Source: Candidatus Omnitrophota bacterium (lineage in GTDB: Bacteria; Omnitrophota; Gorgyraeia; Aquiviventales; Aquiviventaceae). Taken from it: DNA of 64,000 nucleotides. Position numbers and translations under genes: made by a program. Below the pieces are notes generated by a model. It was not told the origin of the DNA. It searched no databases and saw only the letters and a list, made by a program, of their open reading frames with translations. The stretch spans positions 2,773 through 66,772 of the forward strand of contig JAHFGV010000009.1 of the NCBI GenBank assembly GCA_023247255.1. The letters are read 5' to 3'. This document shows positions 45,278-54,130 of the stretch, piece after piece; the first letter of the stretch is position 1, and the number at the start of each line of letters is the position of its first letter.

Positions 45278-46135
45278 ATGCTCCGATTCTCTATGCGTTC
45301 CTGTTTGTTAGGTGTTTTCTTTTCGTCAGCCTTGTTGCTCTTATTCTGGCCTACTTTGGTCTGGATGGCCCAGCGGTTTGAAGCGCACGATTCTTTTTAT
45401 TCTCATGGTTGGTTGATTCCTGTGGCCAGTGGTTGGTTGATCTGGCGCAGCCGTGTTGCTCTGGCAGCGACGAAGCGTCAGGGCAGTCTCTGGGGACTGC
45501 TGTTGTTAGTTCCATCGGTGGCGGTTCATGTGATAGCCACTTGGTGGGATCTTCACTTTGTTTCAGGATTTACGATGATGGCGGCTGTCTGGGCAACGGT
45601 GTGGACGCTCTGGGGATTCCAGACGTTGTGGGTGTTACGCGTGGGTTTGTTGTTCTTGCTCTTCATGGTCCCGCTGCCTAGTATTTTGCTTATTTCCATC
45701 AGCTTCAAGTTGAAGCTGATCGCTGCGATGCTGGCTACGAACCTGCTGACGTTGCTAGGAATGCCCGCGCATCAGGCAGGATCCACGATTCACGTGCCGG
45801 GAGCGTCAGTGATAGTCGATGATGCCTGCAGTGGTCTGCGTTCTCTCATCAGCCTGGTGGCGTTGACTAGTTTGTGGACTTGTCTGGTTGGGCCTTCCTT
45901 TAAACGGTGGCACAAGGCAGTACTTTTGGCATCGTCCATCCCGATTGCCCTGGCGGCCAACATGACGCGCATTCTGGTGTTAGTGTTTCTCACTGCCATC
46001 TATGGTCCCAAGATCGCGGAGGGATTCATTCATTATGGCTCTGGGCTGGTGGTGTTCGGTCTTGCCTTGTTGGCTTTGGTATGGCTCAGTCAGTGTATGA
46101 TCAAACCGGAACCTGCCTCCGGCATGTTGTCTTAA
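45278..46135 (+). CDS. exosortase (EpsH/XrtA family, short form)
   Basis: 8 TM helices; conserved DDACSGLRS (Cys) and NMTRILV (Arg) exosortase motifs. Confidence 0.8.
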   Translation: MLRFSMRSCLLGVFFSSALLLLFWPTLVWMAQRFEAHDSFYSHGWLIPVASGWLIWRSRVALAATKRQGSLWGLLLLVPSVAVHVIATWWDLHFVSGFTMMAAVWATVWTLWGFQTLWVLRVGLLFLLFMVPLPSILLISISFKLKLIAAMLATNLLTLLGMPAHQAGSTIHVPGASVIVDDACSGLRSLISLVALTSLWTCLVGPSFKRWHKAVLLASSIPIALAANMTRILVLVFLTAIYGPKIAEGFIHYGSGLVVFGLALLALVWLSQCMIKPEPASGMLS

Positions 46136-46149
46136 GAATCGCTGTCCCG

Positions 46150-46839
46150 ATGACTCCACGCTGCGCGCGTCATACCTCAGATGCCAAAGATTCCAAACAC
46201 CGGCACCCGGTTTATGCCGTCGAGCCGGCCTTGGCGGCTTTAGGGGTGGTGGTTTTGGCTTCGTGGGTGTTGTGGGCGGGACAGACACCGGCCAGAGGGA
46301 CTTTTCATCCGTTTTCTGTTCCTCAGACCCTAGGCCTGTGGACGGGCAAGTCTCTTGCCGTAGATCAGCGCACCTTAGATATTCTTGAGACGGATGATGT
46401 GACGTTAATGGAGTACCAGATGGGCCAGGAGCCGCCGGTTTGGTTCGCTCAGGTAGCTGGATTTGGACATCGAGCCGCGTTTCATCCACCCGAGTTGTGC
46501 TATGTGGGCAGTCATTTTGAGGTGTTGGAGCGACAGCCTGTATCGGTGATAGTCAATGGGAAGCCCCAACGCCTGATGCGGCTTTTGATCGGGCAGGGAA
46601 AAGATCGCTTTGAAGCGTGGTACTGGTTTTCAGTCAACGGCAGGGTGACCCCGAACTACTATCAACAACAGCTTTGGCTGGTTGGGCAGAACATCCGTCG
46701 TCAGACAGCTTCAGGAACCTTGGTTAGGATTTCCACTCCATTCACGGATGCAAGGAGTACTCACCGACGGCTATTGGCGTTTGTCAGTTCTTATGAAAAG
46801 TATGCCGGTCAGCCCTTCACAGCAACCGATGCTTCGTAG
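46150..46839 (+). CDS. EpsI-family exosortase-associated protein
   Basis: Starts after exosortase stop; N-terminal TM then TLDILETDDVTLMEYQMGQEPPVWFAQVAGFGHRAAFHPPELCYVGSHFEVL typical of EpsI. Confidence 0.65.
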   Translation: MTPRCARHTSDAKDSKHRHPVYAVEPALAALGVVVLASWVLWAGQTPARGTFHPFSVPQTLGLWTGKSLAVDQRTLDILETDDVTLMEYQMGQEPPVWFAQVAGFGHRAAFHPPELCYVGSHFEVLERQPVSVIVNGKPQRLMRLLIGQGKDRFEAWYWFSVNGRVTPNYYQQQLWLVGQNIRRQTASGTLVRISTPFTDARSTHRRLLAFVSSYEKYAGQPFTATDAS

Positions 46840-46973
46840 CCGAGACATCCCGCCCACCCGTTCGCTGAAGCAAACCAACTGGGCGGATGGCCGAAGGCCG
46901 TTGGCCTATGACAGGACAGTTTCTCCCATCTCCCATTCTCCCCCAGTCATTTCCCATCATCGCATAAAGCTTC

Positions 46974-47002
46974 TTGACTCCCGGAAGGACTCGTGGTATT
47001 CT
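46974..47002 (+). promoter_or_regulatory. candidate sigma-70 promoter TTGACT-N17-TATTCT upstream of the PAS kinase
   Basis: Near-consensus −35/−10 with 17-nt spacer, 49 nt before ATG 47051. Confidence 0.3.
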
Positions 47003-47050
47003 CATCCTCTTGTGCTTTCTTGCCAACAGGACAGCTTAACCACTCCTTGG

Positions 47051-48127
47051 ATGGAAGACACGTTCCAAACAGTTGAATCCTGGCAACAGTTGTGCATGGT
47101 GGCTCCTTGCGGGCTGATTCTTGTGGATAGCCAGGGGATCATCCGTTTCATGAATCCTGCGGCGGCCACGCTTTTGGGTTTGGATTCCAGTACTGTTCTC
47201 GGACATGTGCTTCTGGATGCGTTAACAGGCTGGAAAGACACGATTTTTGCCTCAACGCTTGCTAGCCTCTTTGCCAGTTCCTCGGAGGCCATAGATTTCA
47301 CTGTTTTTGGTGTAGACCAGCAGCCTTTACGTCTTTCGGTAGCCTGCGTTCCCAACGGGACGACAAAGCCACGCGGCTTGCTTTTGACCATCACCGAGCA
47401 GGGAGATACCGACAGCCTGAAGCGACGGCTCCACCGTGCGGAATACCAAGCCTCTATCGGAAAATTGGCCAGAGGCATCGCCCATGAGTTGAACAGTCCT
47501 TTGGATGGCGTATTGCGGTATACCCACTTGGCTTTGGAACAGCTTACGGAGGATTCCTCAATTCGTGAATACCTGGTTCACGTCAAGCAAGGCCTGGATC
47601 GGATGGTCCGAGCCGTACGGACTTTCTTGGAATTCTCCCGACAGGTCACCACTCCTGCCCATCGAGTGGCTGATCTGAATCGATTGATTGAAGACGCCCT
47701 GATATTGCTCCAGCCCCGTGCCCGCTTTCAGCATGTCCAGATCGTGAAACATTTCGATCCCTCCCTGCCTGCTGTGTTGGATAGCGGGATTCAACATGTC
47801 GTTCTCAACCTCGTGAAGAATGCGTTCGATGCGATGCCGCGCGGAGGTCTCCTGACGATTACCACACGCCTGAATGGAGACTCGATCTATGTGGAGGTGG
47901 AGGATACCGGAATGGGTATTCCTGAATCGATTCACCCGCGCATTTTCGAGCCTTTCTTCTCCACCAAGCCGATTCACCAAGGCAGTGGTTTGGGGTTGGT
48001 CATTGCGAAGGAAGTGGTGGAACGCTCAGGCGGCACGATCGAGTTTACCAGTCATGCCGGAGTGGGAAGTCGGTTCTGCGTTCGTCTTCCGATTGCTCAA
48101 CAGCAGCCAGGAGAAAATGGCGCGTAA
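47051..48127 (+). CDS. PAS-domain sensor histidine kinase (PrsK-like partner of the sigma-54 regulator; soluble)
   Basis: PAS (LILVDSQGIIRFMNPAAATLLG), H-box ARGIAHELNSPL, N/G boxes LVKNAFDAM...DTGMGI...GSGLGL. An alternative start at 46829 overlaps epsI. Confidence 0.7.
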   Translation: MEDTFQTVESWQQLCMVAPCGLILVDSQGIIRFMNPAAATLLGLDSSTVLGHVLLDALTGWKDTIFASTLASLFASSSEAIDFTVFGVDQQPLRLSVACVPNGTTKPRGLLLTITEQGDTDSLKRRLHRAEYQASIGKLARGIAHELNSPLDGVLRYTHLALEQLTEDSSIREYLVHVKQGLDRMVRAVRTFLEFSRQVTTPAHRVADLNRLIEDALILLQPRARFQHVQIVKHFDPSLPAVLDSGIQHVVLNLVKNAFDAMPRGGLLTITTRLNGDSIYVEVEDTGMGIPESIHPRIFEPFFSTKPIHQGSGLGLVIAKEVVERSGGTIEFTSHAGVGSRFCVRLPIAQQQPGENGA

Positions 48128-49520
48128 CCGTATTCTAGTGGTTGACGACGATCCTTTGATTCGCGGATCGTTATATGAGTACCTGCGTGGCCAGCGCTAC
48201 GAAGTGGAGATGGCCGCGGATGGTCTTGAGGCAATCAATCAGATGACACGGCATGCATTCGATTTGGTCATTACTGACTGGAAGATGACTCAAGTGGATG
48301 GGCTCCATTTGTTAAACCATATCAAGGACAATCATGGCCACGTCAACGTGGTTATTCTCACCGGTTTTGGCACCATCGGTTCTGCGGTCGAAGCTATTCG
48401 TCATGGGGCTTTTGACTATCTAACCAAACCCATTCAGCCGGGTGAGTTGCAAACTACCGTCGAGCGGGCCCTCAGCCGCCAGGATGCGTTCGGCATGAGC
48501 TTAACGGGCGATCCCTTTGAAGGGGTCATCGGTGATGATGTTAAAATACAGCAGGTGTTTGCCATGGTCAGGGCCGTAGCCAGCACTCCCTCAACGGTGT
48601 TGCTTGAAGGAGAAAGCGGAACCGGCAAACGCGTCATTGCACAGGCGATCCATCGCTCCGATGGTCATCGGGCCCAGCAGCCATTCATCGAGATTAGTTG
48701 CGGGGCTTTGTCCGATACCCTGTTGGAAAGCGAGCTCTTCGGCCATGTGAAAGGGGCTTTTACAGGGGCGATTCGTGATAAACAAGGACGTTTTGAAATC
48801 GCCCATGGCGGCACTCTATTGCTCGATGAGGTCGATACCATTCCCGGTGCCCTTCAGGTAAAGCTGCTGCGCATCATTCAAGACCGGCGTTTTGAGCGTG
48901 TGGGCGATTCCAAGACGATGCAAGTGGATGTGCGCATCATCGCGGCCAGTAACCGCCGCCTGATTGATTGTGTCCGGCAAGGTAAGTTCCGTGAAGACCT
49001 GTATTATCGTCTGAATGTTTTTGCCATTTGCCTGCCACCGCTGCGCGAACGCGGCAGGGATATCCAGCCTCTGGCACAGCATTTCATCAGTCGTTACGCG
49101 ACTCGGATGGGCAAAGCGGTTGAAGGCTTGACGGATGAAGCCTTGGGGTTGCTCAATCGCTATCCGTGGCCAGGCAACGTGCGGGAATTGGAAAACGTCA
49201 TTGAACGTGCGGTGATTTTGGCTCGACATTCCAAGTTACAACCGGCAGATTTGCCAGACGAATTGCGCCATTTTTCAAAAGAGACGGTCAGTGTATCCCG
49301 TGTAGGTCCTACGCCAGATACTGCCGAGGAGACTTTGGATGATTCCTCTGCTCGTCGGACATTGCGGGATGCTTTAAAACCCTCGGAACGCGACCTCATC
49401 ACTCAAGTGTTGGCTGAGGTGCGTTGGAACCGATCCGAGGCAGCTAAACGCCTAGGGATTCATCGGTCGACACTCTACCACAAAATACGACAACTCGGGA
49501 TTGTAGGTTCGCTACATTGA
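48117..49520 (+). CDS. sigma-54-dependent response regulator (NtrC family; PrsR-like)
   Basis: Receiver ILVVDDDPLIRGSL...DLVITDWKM; AAA+ GESGTGKRV, GAFTGA; Fis-type HTH RSEAAKRLGIHRSTLYHKIRQLGI; start overlaps kinase stop by 11 nt. Confidence 0.8.
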   Translation: MARNRILVVDDDPLIRGSLYEYLRGQRYEVEMAADGLEAINQMTRHAFDLVITDWKMTQVDGLHLLNHIKDNHGHVNVVILTGFGTIGSAVEAIRHGAFDYLTKPIQPGELQTTVERALSRQDAFGMSLTGDPFEGVIGDDVKIQQVFAMVRAVASTPSTVLLEGESGTGKRVIAQAIHRSDGHRAQQPFIEISCGALSDTLLESELFGHVKGAFTGAIRDKQGRFEIAHGGTLLLDEVDTIPGALQVKLLRIIQDRRFERVGDSKTMQVDVRIIAASNRRLIDCVRQGKFREDLYYRLNVFAICLPPLRERGRDIQPLAQHFISRYATRMGKAVEGLTDEALGLLNRYPWPGNVRELENVIERAVILARHSKLQPADLPDELRHFSKETVSVSRVGPTPDTAEETLDDSSARRTLRDALKPSERDLITQVLAEVRWNRSEAAKRLGIHRSTLYHKIRQLGIVGSLH

Positions 49521-49583
49521 CTCGGTCAGCGGTTGTATCATTGACTTCATTACCTATCGTTTTTTCATTGATTATCCGAGTCG

Positions 49584-50651
49584 ATGGCATCTGCAGGTGC
49601 TGAGAAGTCCTTAAGGTTGACGGATGTAGTTGAGGAAAAACGATGGCTGCGTTTACAGGATTGCTTTGCAAATGTCTTGGGAATGCTAGTGCGTACTGTC
49701 AGCGCCTCCCGGGATCTTTTGGTTGAGCCGAGTTGGGGTTCATTAAGACAGCCGACCGAGTCACTCATCGATGGGCTTCGTATCGGCGATGAGCTTGAAA
49801 GTCTTTTACCTTTCCAGAATCCTCCGAAGACAGTTTCCATCCTTACCGTTCCGCTTGGATTGACCTACGCCTTAGTTCCCATCCATCTGCGCACGGGTGT
49901 CGAAAGGCTCGTGGCCTACTTCATCATCGGGCCAGCGATTGTGGGAGTTCGTGAAAACGAATCACAATTTTGCAAGCGAGCAGAGGCACTGGGATTGAAT
50001 GCGGATCGGATATGGCCGCTTTTGCTTTTCCTGAGGTCCTATACCCATAGCGGTTTCCGTCAGGCCATTGAGTTGTTGGATGAAGTAGGATCTTCCCTGA
50101 TCGAATTCGCTTATCAACTGCACCCATCCCATCTAGCATTGGCTTCTAGTACCCTAGCCGTTGAGGCAAGGCATGTGACTCGACGGGATCGACTGCTAAA
50201 GGTGCTTCTGGATGCAGCCGTCAAGTGTACCGGCGCCGACGGTGGCTCCGTGATGCTTTATACCCCTGCGGGTGACCGCTTGACAATCGCCGCAGCGGTT
50301 GGCTTAAGCGATCAGGTGGTGGCTCAAACGTGCTCCAGACGGGGGGAAGGAATCGCAGGTGTCGTAGCCAGAGAATGTTCGATTCGTATTATTGATAAAA
50401 CTCACGCACAGGAGCGCTTCAAAAGTCTGATGCAGCGTCCTGAGCTTGTGTCTTCTCTGGTAGCCAGCCTGATTCCTGAAGCAAACCAGGAACCGATTGG
50501 GGTATTAAACCTTCGAACCAGCCGTCTCGAGTCGCGTTTTACGCAAGATCATGTAGAGCTTTTGCGTCGGTTACTCGATCTAGCCAGCACGGCCCTGAGT
50601 AGTCTTTCCCCGCTTTCCTCCAGCAAGGCTAATCCCTGTGCTCAAAGCTGA
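49584..50651 (+). CDS. GAF-domain protein
   Basis: C-terminal half LKVLLDAAVKCTGADGGSVMLYTPAGDRLTIAAAVGLSDQV...GIAGVVARECSIRIID resembles GAF. Confidence 0.5.
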   Translation: MASAGAEKSLRLTDVVEEKRWLRLQDCFANVLGMLVRTVSASRDLLVEPSWGSLRQPTESLIDGLRIGDELESLLPFQNPPKTVSILTVPLGLTYALVPIHLRTGVERLVAYFIIGPAIVGVRENESQFCKRAEALGLNADRIWPLLLFLRSYTHSGFRQAIELLDEVGSSLIEFAYQLHPSHLALASSTLAVEARHVTRRDRLLKVLLDAAVKCTGADGGSVMLYTPAGDRLTIAAAVGLSDQVVAQTCSRRGEGIAGVVARECSIRIIDKTHAQERFKSLMQRPELVSSLVASLIPEANQEPIGVLNLRTSRLESRFTQDHVELLRRLLDLASTALSSLSPLSSSKANPCAQS

Positions 50652-50783
50652 CGATATGGGGCACGGGAACTGATAAGAAATCCTCGTAAGGAATTTTCGA
50701 TTGCTGATTTACCATTCACGGACAGAAGCAAAGCGTCAGGAATATCGGGTGGGTGTGCGGCTTGCAGATAATTTTAGGAGTGA

Positions 50784-52190
50784 TTAGAAACGTTGTTTAC
50801 GCAGATAGGCGGGGAGGATTTTAAGGCTGGTACGATACTTGGCAATCGTTCTACGGGCGACACGGATGTGGCGCTCTGCCAGTTTCTTGACCAAAGCTTC
50901 GTCGCTGAGCGGATGTCGGGCATCTTCATCACCGACCAGACGTTGCATCTGGGCTTTAATGGTTGTTTCTGACACGTGTTCATCCGAGTGATTCTGTGGA
51001 ACGTAACTCGGAAACCACTCCTCCAGACGCAAAACCCCCCAAGGGCTGGAGATACTCTTATCCGCGATCGCCCGGCTCACCGTGGAGGGATGGCGACCGA
51101 TGAGTTTGGCCACCTGAGCTTGGGTGAGGGGTTTCAGGGCTTGCGGCCCTTGATCGAGGAAGTCCCGCTGAAGACTTAACAAGCAACGCCCAATGGATAG
51201 TAAAGTAGTCTGGCGCTCGTCAATCGCGCGAATCACCCACTGCGCCTGGCGGAATTTAGTGGCTAAAAATTCCTTAGCCTCCGATGGGGTATGTGGGTCG
51301 CGGAGCATTTTCTGGTAAGCTCGGTTGAGCCAGAGGCTTGGCATTCGCTCGTCGTTGAGTTCCACGTCATAGTAGTTTTCTCGTCGGATGATGATTAGGT
51401 CGGGTACCAGGCAGGCCGATGATATTGGGTGTGCGAAGTAACTGCCTGGTTTAGGGTTCAATTGTTTTATCTGCTCCAGGGCAGAGGCTACCTGTGAAAT
51501 GGGAACCCGCATAGCCTTGGCTAAGGCGCTGACACGTTGTTGCACCACAAGCGGGAAATGGTCCCGGAGCATTCGGTAAGAGAGACTGTCTTGCGCATGA
51601 CGGTGCTGGAGCTGAATCATGAGACATTCCTGGAGGTTTCTTGATCCCACTCCCGCAGGATCCAATCCTTGAATCGTTTGCAGAATGCCTTCGAGCTGCT
51701 GGGCCTCCACGTGCAGTTCCTGAGTAAGCTGTGTCAGTTCGACTTCCAGATACCCGCTTTCATTCAGGTGATAGACGAGCGCTTCTGCAAGGCTATAGTC
51801 ATGCGCGGATAGTTTTTGGCAACCCAACTGCTTCATCAACCACGCATGAAGCGATTCCCCTGTCCAATGGTAGCGCTCGATACTTTGGAAATCCGCTTGG
51901 CTACTCGACGATAATTCCTGCCTTTCTGAGGGATCTTCCCACTCTTGGTCCCTATCATCTGGCCCATCCGGACTGTCGCTGTGCGTCATTTGGGCATTTT
52001 CAGGGGAATCCCTAGAATCACGTTCCTCCGCCGGTTCATAGACTTCTAGTAGAGGATTTTCTTGCGCCTGTTGTTGCAGAAAAGTCTGGAGTTCCATGAT
52101 TGGCATGCGCAGGACTTCAAGCGCTAAAGCAAGGTGAGGTGCCAGTTGCAATTGCTGTTGTGTCGTTTGTGTGGTTTGTAGTCCAGTCAT
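50784..52190 (-). CDS. rpoN: RNA polymerase sigma-54 factor
   Basis: Gln/acidic N-terminal region, HTH, C-terminal RpoN box ARRTIAKYRTSLKI. Confidence 0.85.
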   Translation of the reverse strand: MTGLQTTQTTQQQLQLAPHLALALEVLRMPIMELQTFLQQQAQENPLLEVYEPAEERDSRDSPENAQMTHSDSPDGPDDRDQEWEDPSERQELSSSSQADFQSIERYHWTGESLHAWLMKQLGCQKLSAHDYSLAEALVYHLNESGYLEVELTQLTQELHVEAQQLEGILQTIQGLDPAGVGSRNLQECLMIQLQHRHAQDSLSYRMLRDHFPLVVQQRVSALAKAMRVPISQVASALEQIKQLNPKPGSYFAHPISSACLVPDLIIIRRENYYDVELNDERMPSLWLNRAYQKMLRDPHTPSEAKEFLATKFRQAQWVIRAIDERQTTLLSIGRCLLSLQRDFLDQGPQALKPLTQAQVAKLIGRHPSTVSRAIADKSISSPWGVLRLEEWFPSYVPQNHSDEHVSETTIKAQMQRLVGDEDARHPLSDEALVKKLAERHIRVARRTIAKYRTSLKILPAYLRKQRF

Positions 52191-52421
52191 TTTGCGAGAA
52201 TCCAGTTAAAGGGTGCAAAGGGATAACGGACGGATGTGGAGAAAAGAATAAGCATAGCATGTTTGATGCCAACTGGCAACAAAAAATCCGATTCAAAATA
52301 ATCGTTATTAGACCTTGACAGCGAGGGTGAGTTAAGGGTATAGTTTTGCCACTATTGTGGCAGGAAGTGGAAGGAAGTGGTTTCCCACTTCAGAGGAAGT
52401 GGGGGAGGTTAGTGTTGTGTC

Positions 52422-52859
52422 ATGTTTTATGGAGAGTACGCACACACCATTGATCGCAAGGGCCGCATCATTGTGCCGGCCAAGTTTCGGCAAGTGCTGA
52501 AAGAGCAGCAGATTCATTCCTTGTTCATCACGCGTGGCTTGGATGGATGTCTTTTTCTGTTTCCGGAAGCAGAATGGCGCATCGCTGAGAATCGATTCAA
52601 GCAGATCCCTTTTACCAAAGGGGAAGGGCGCAAGTTTACCCGGCTTCTGTTTTCCGGTGCGATGGAGGTGACCATCGATTCCCTCGGGCGGCTCCATGTG
52701 CCCAAGACCCTGAAGGAGTTTGCCGGGATCAAACAAGATGTGGTGGTCGTCGGAGTTTCCAACCGAATGGAAGTTTGGTCGAAAGAGAATTGGCAGGTGT
52801 TTTACGAAAGCTCGCGACAGAGCTTTGAAGAAGTCGCTGAGCGCGTGATGGTGGAGTAA
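52422..52859 (+). CDS. mraZ: transcriptional regulator MraZ
   Basis: MFYGEYAHTIDRKGRIIVPAKFRQ start and duplicated MraZ domain. Confidence 0.85.
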   Translation: MFYGEYAHTIDRKGRIIVPAKFRQVLKEQQIHSLFITRGLDGCLFLFPEAEWRIAENRFKQIPFTKGEGRKFTRLLFSGAMEVTIDSLGRLHVPKTLKEFAGIKQDVVVVGVSNRMEVWSKENWQVFYESSRQSFEEVAERVMVE

Positions 52860-52900
52860 TCAGAAATCAGAACTCAGGGTGTGGTAGTTCTCAACCCCGG

Positions 52901-53818
52901 ATGTTTCTTGTCTGTAGTTTTATGATAGCGGCGGTGCATCAACCGGTGATGGCAAAGGAAGTTCTCCACTTCCTGAACCCGGCTGCCACGTCTGTGATCG
53001 TAGATGCCACCGTCGGAACGGCGGGACACAGCTTGCAGCTGGTGCCTCAGTTGATCCCCAACGGCAAGCTGATTGCCATCGATCGCGATTGTCAAGCGCT
53101 CGAGGTAGCCCAGCAACGACTCGGTGAATTTCAGTCAGTTGTTACGATGGTGCACGGTGACTTCCGACAGTTATCTGAGATTCTTAAGCAGCAAGGCCTC
53201 TCGCAAGTCGATGGGATACTCTTCGATTTAGGCATGTCCAGTTTTCAATTGGACTGCGCCGAGCGAGGATTCAGTTTTTTAAAGGAAGGCCCACTCGATA
53301 TGCGGATGGATTCCAAACAGTCCACTACCGCCGCCGCATTGATCCATAAGCTGTCTGCCGCAGAACTCCACCTGATCTTAAGGACGTTTGGGGAGGAACG
53401 TTTCGCCAGACGCATCGTATCGCGGATCATCCAAGAGCGCGGACAGAATCCCATCGAGACGACTACTCAATTAGCACAGTTGATCAGCCGCGCGGTTCCC
53501 AAAAGCGCACGGTACCAACGGCTGCATCCTGCGACAAGGACGTTTCAGGCTCTGCGCATGGCCGTGAATGACGAAGGCGCCGCTCTGCAAGCGGTGCTGG
53601 AGTGTATTCCGTCTTTGCTGCGCCCGAAAGGAAGATTGGTCGTGATTAGTTTTCATTCGATTGAAGACCGGATGGTAAAGCGGGCTCTCGTCCATGGGAT
53701 CCATGCCGGTTGGTGGACGCCCTTGACGAAAAAGCCCGTGCGGCCCTCTGCCGAAGAAGTGACGAGTAATCCTCGTGCGCGCTCAGCAAAGCTGCGAGCC
53801 GCACAGCGTTGTGCATAG
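52901..53818 (+). CDS. rsmH: 16S rRNA (cytosine1402-N4)-methyltransferase
   Basis: HQPVMAKEVLHFL...VDATVGTAGHS...; an internal Met at 52922 may be the true start. Confidence 0.85.
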   Translation: MFLVCSFMIAAVHQPVMAKEVLHFLNPAATSVIVDATVGTAGHSLQLVPQLIPNGKLIAIDRDCQALEVAQQRLGEFQSVVTMVHGDFRQLSEILKQQGLSQVDGILFDLGMSSFQLDCAERGFSFLKEGPLDMRMDSKQSTTAAALIHKLSAAELHLILRTFGEERFARRIVSRIIQERGQNPIETTTQLAQLISRAVPKSARYQRLHPATRTFQALRMAVNDEGAALQAVLECIPSLLRPKGRLVVISFHSIEDRMVKRALVHGIHAGWWTPLTKKPVRPSAEEVTSNPRARSAKLRAAQRCA

Positions 53819-53827
53819 GAGGAAGCC

Positions 53828-54130
53828 GTGTCGGTGTATCGCTGGTTGGTTTTGATTGGCATTGTGGTGATCGTGGGGTGCTTACAGGTCGCTCAGCGAA
53901 CCGCTGTGTTCCTGAAAGGCTACGGTTTAGGCGAACGGTCAAATCAGATTCATGCTCAGGAAACCGAGGTGTTGTGGTTGAAGGCACAAACCATTTCCTT
54001 GGTTTCGCCCAGGCGATTATTAGATGAGGCTGGGCGGTTGGCCTCACACAAACAACGAGGATCGATCGCTTCCCCCCAGGGTTTACGCGTAGTATCGATA
54101 CGCGGTCGCGGTGATGGCACGAACGACTAA
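53828..54130 (+). CDS. ftsL: cell division protein FtsL-like
   Basis: 100-aa protein with one TM (WLVLIGIVVIVGCL) followed by a coiled coil, in the canonical position between rsmH and ftsI. Confidence 0.5.
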   Translation: MSVYRWLVLIGIVVIVGCLQVAQRTAVFLKGYGLGERSNQIHAQETEVLWLKAQTISLVSPRRLLDEAGRLASHKQRGSIASPQGLRVVSIRGRGDGTND

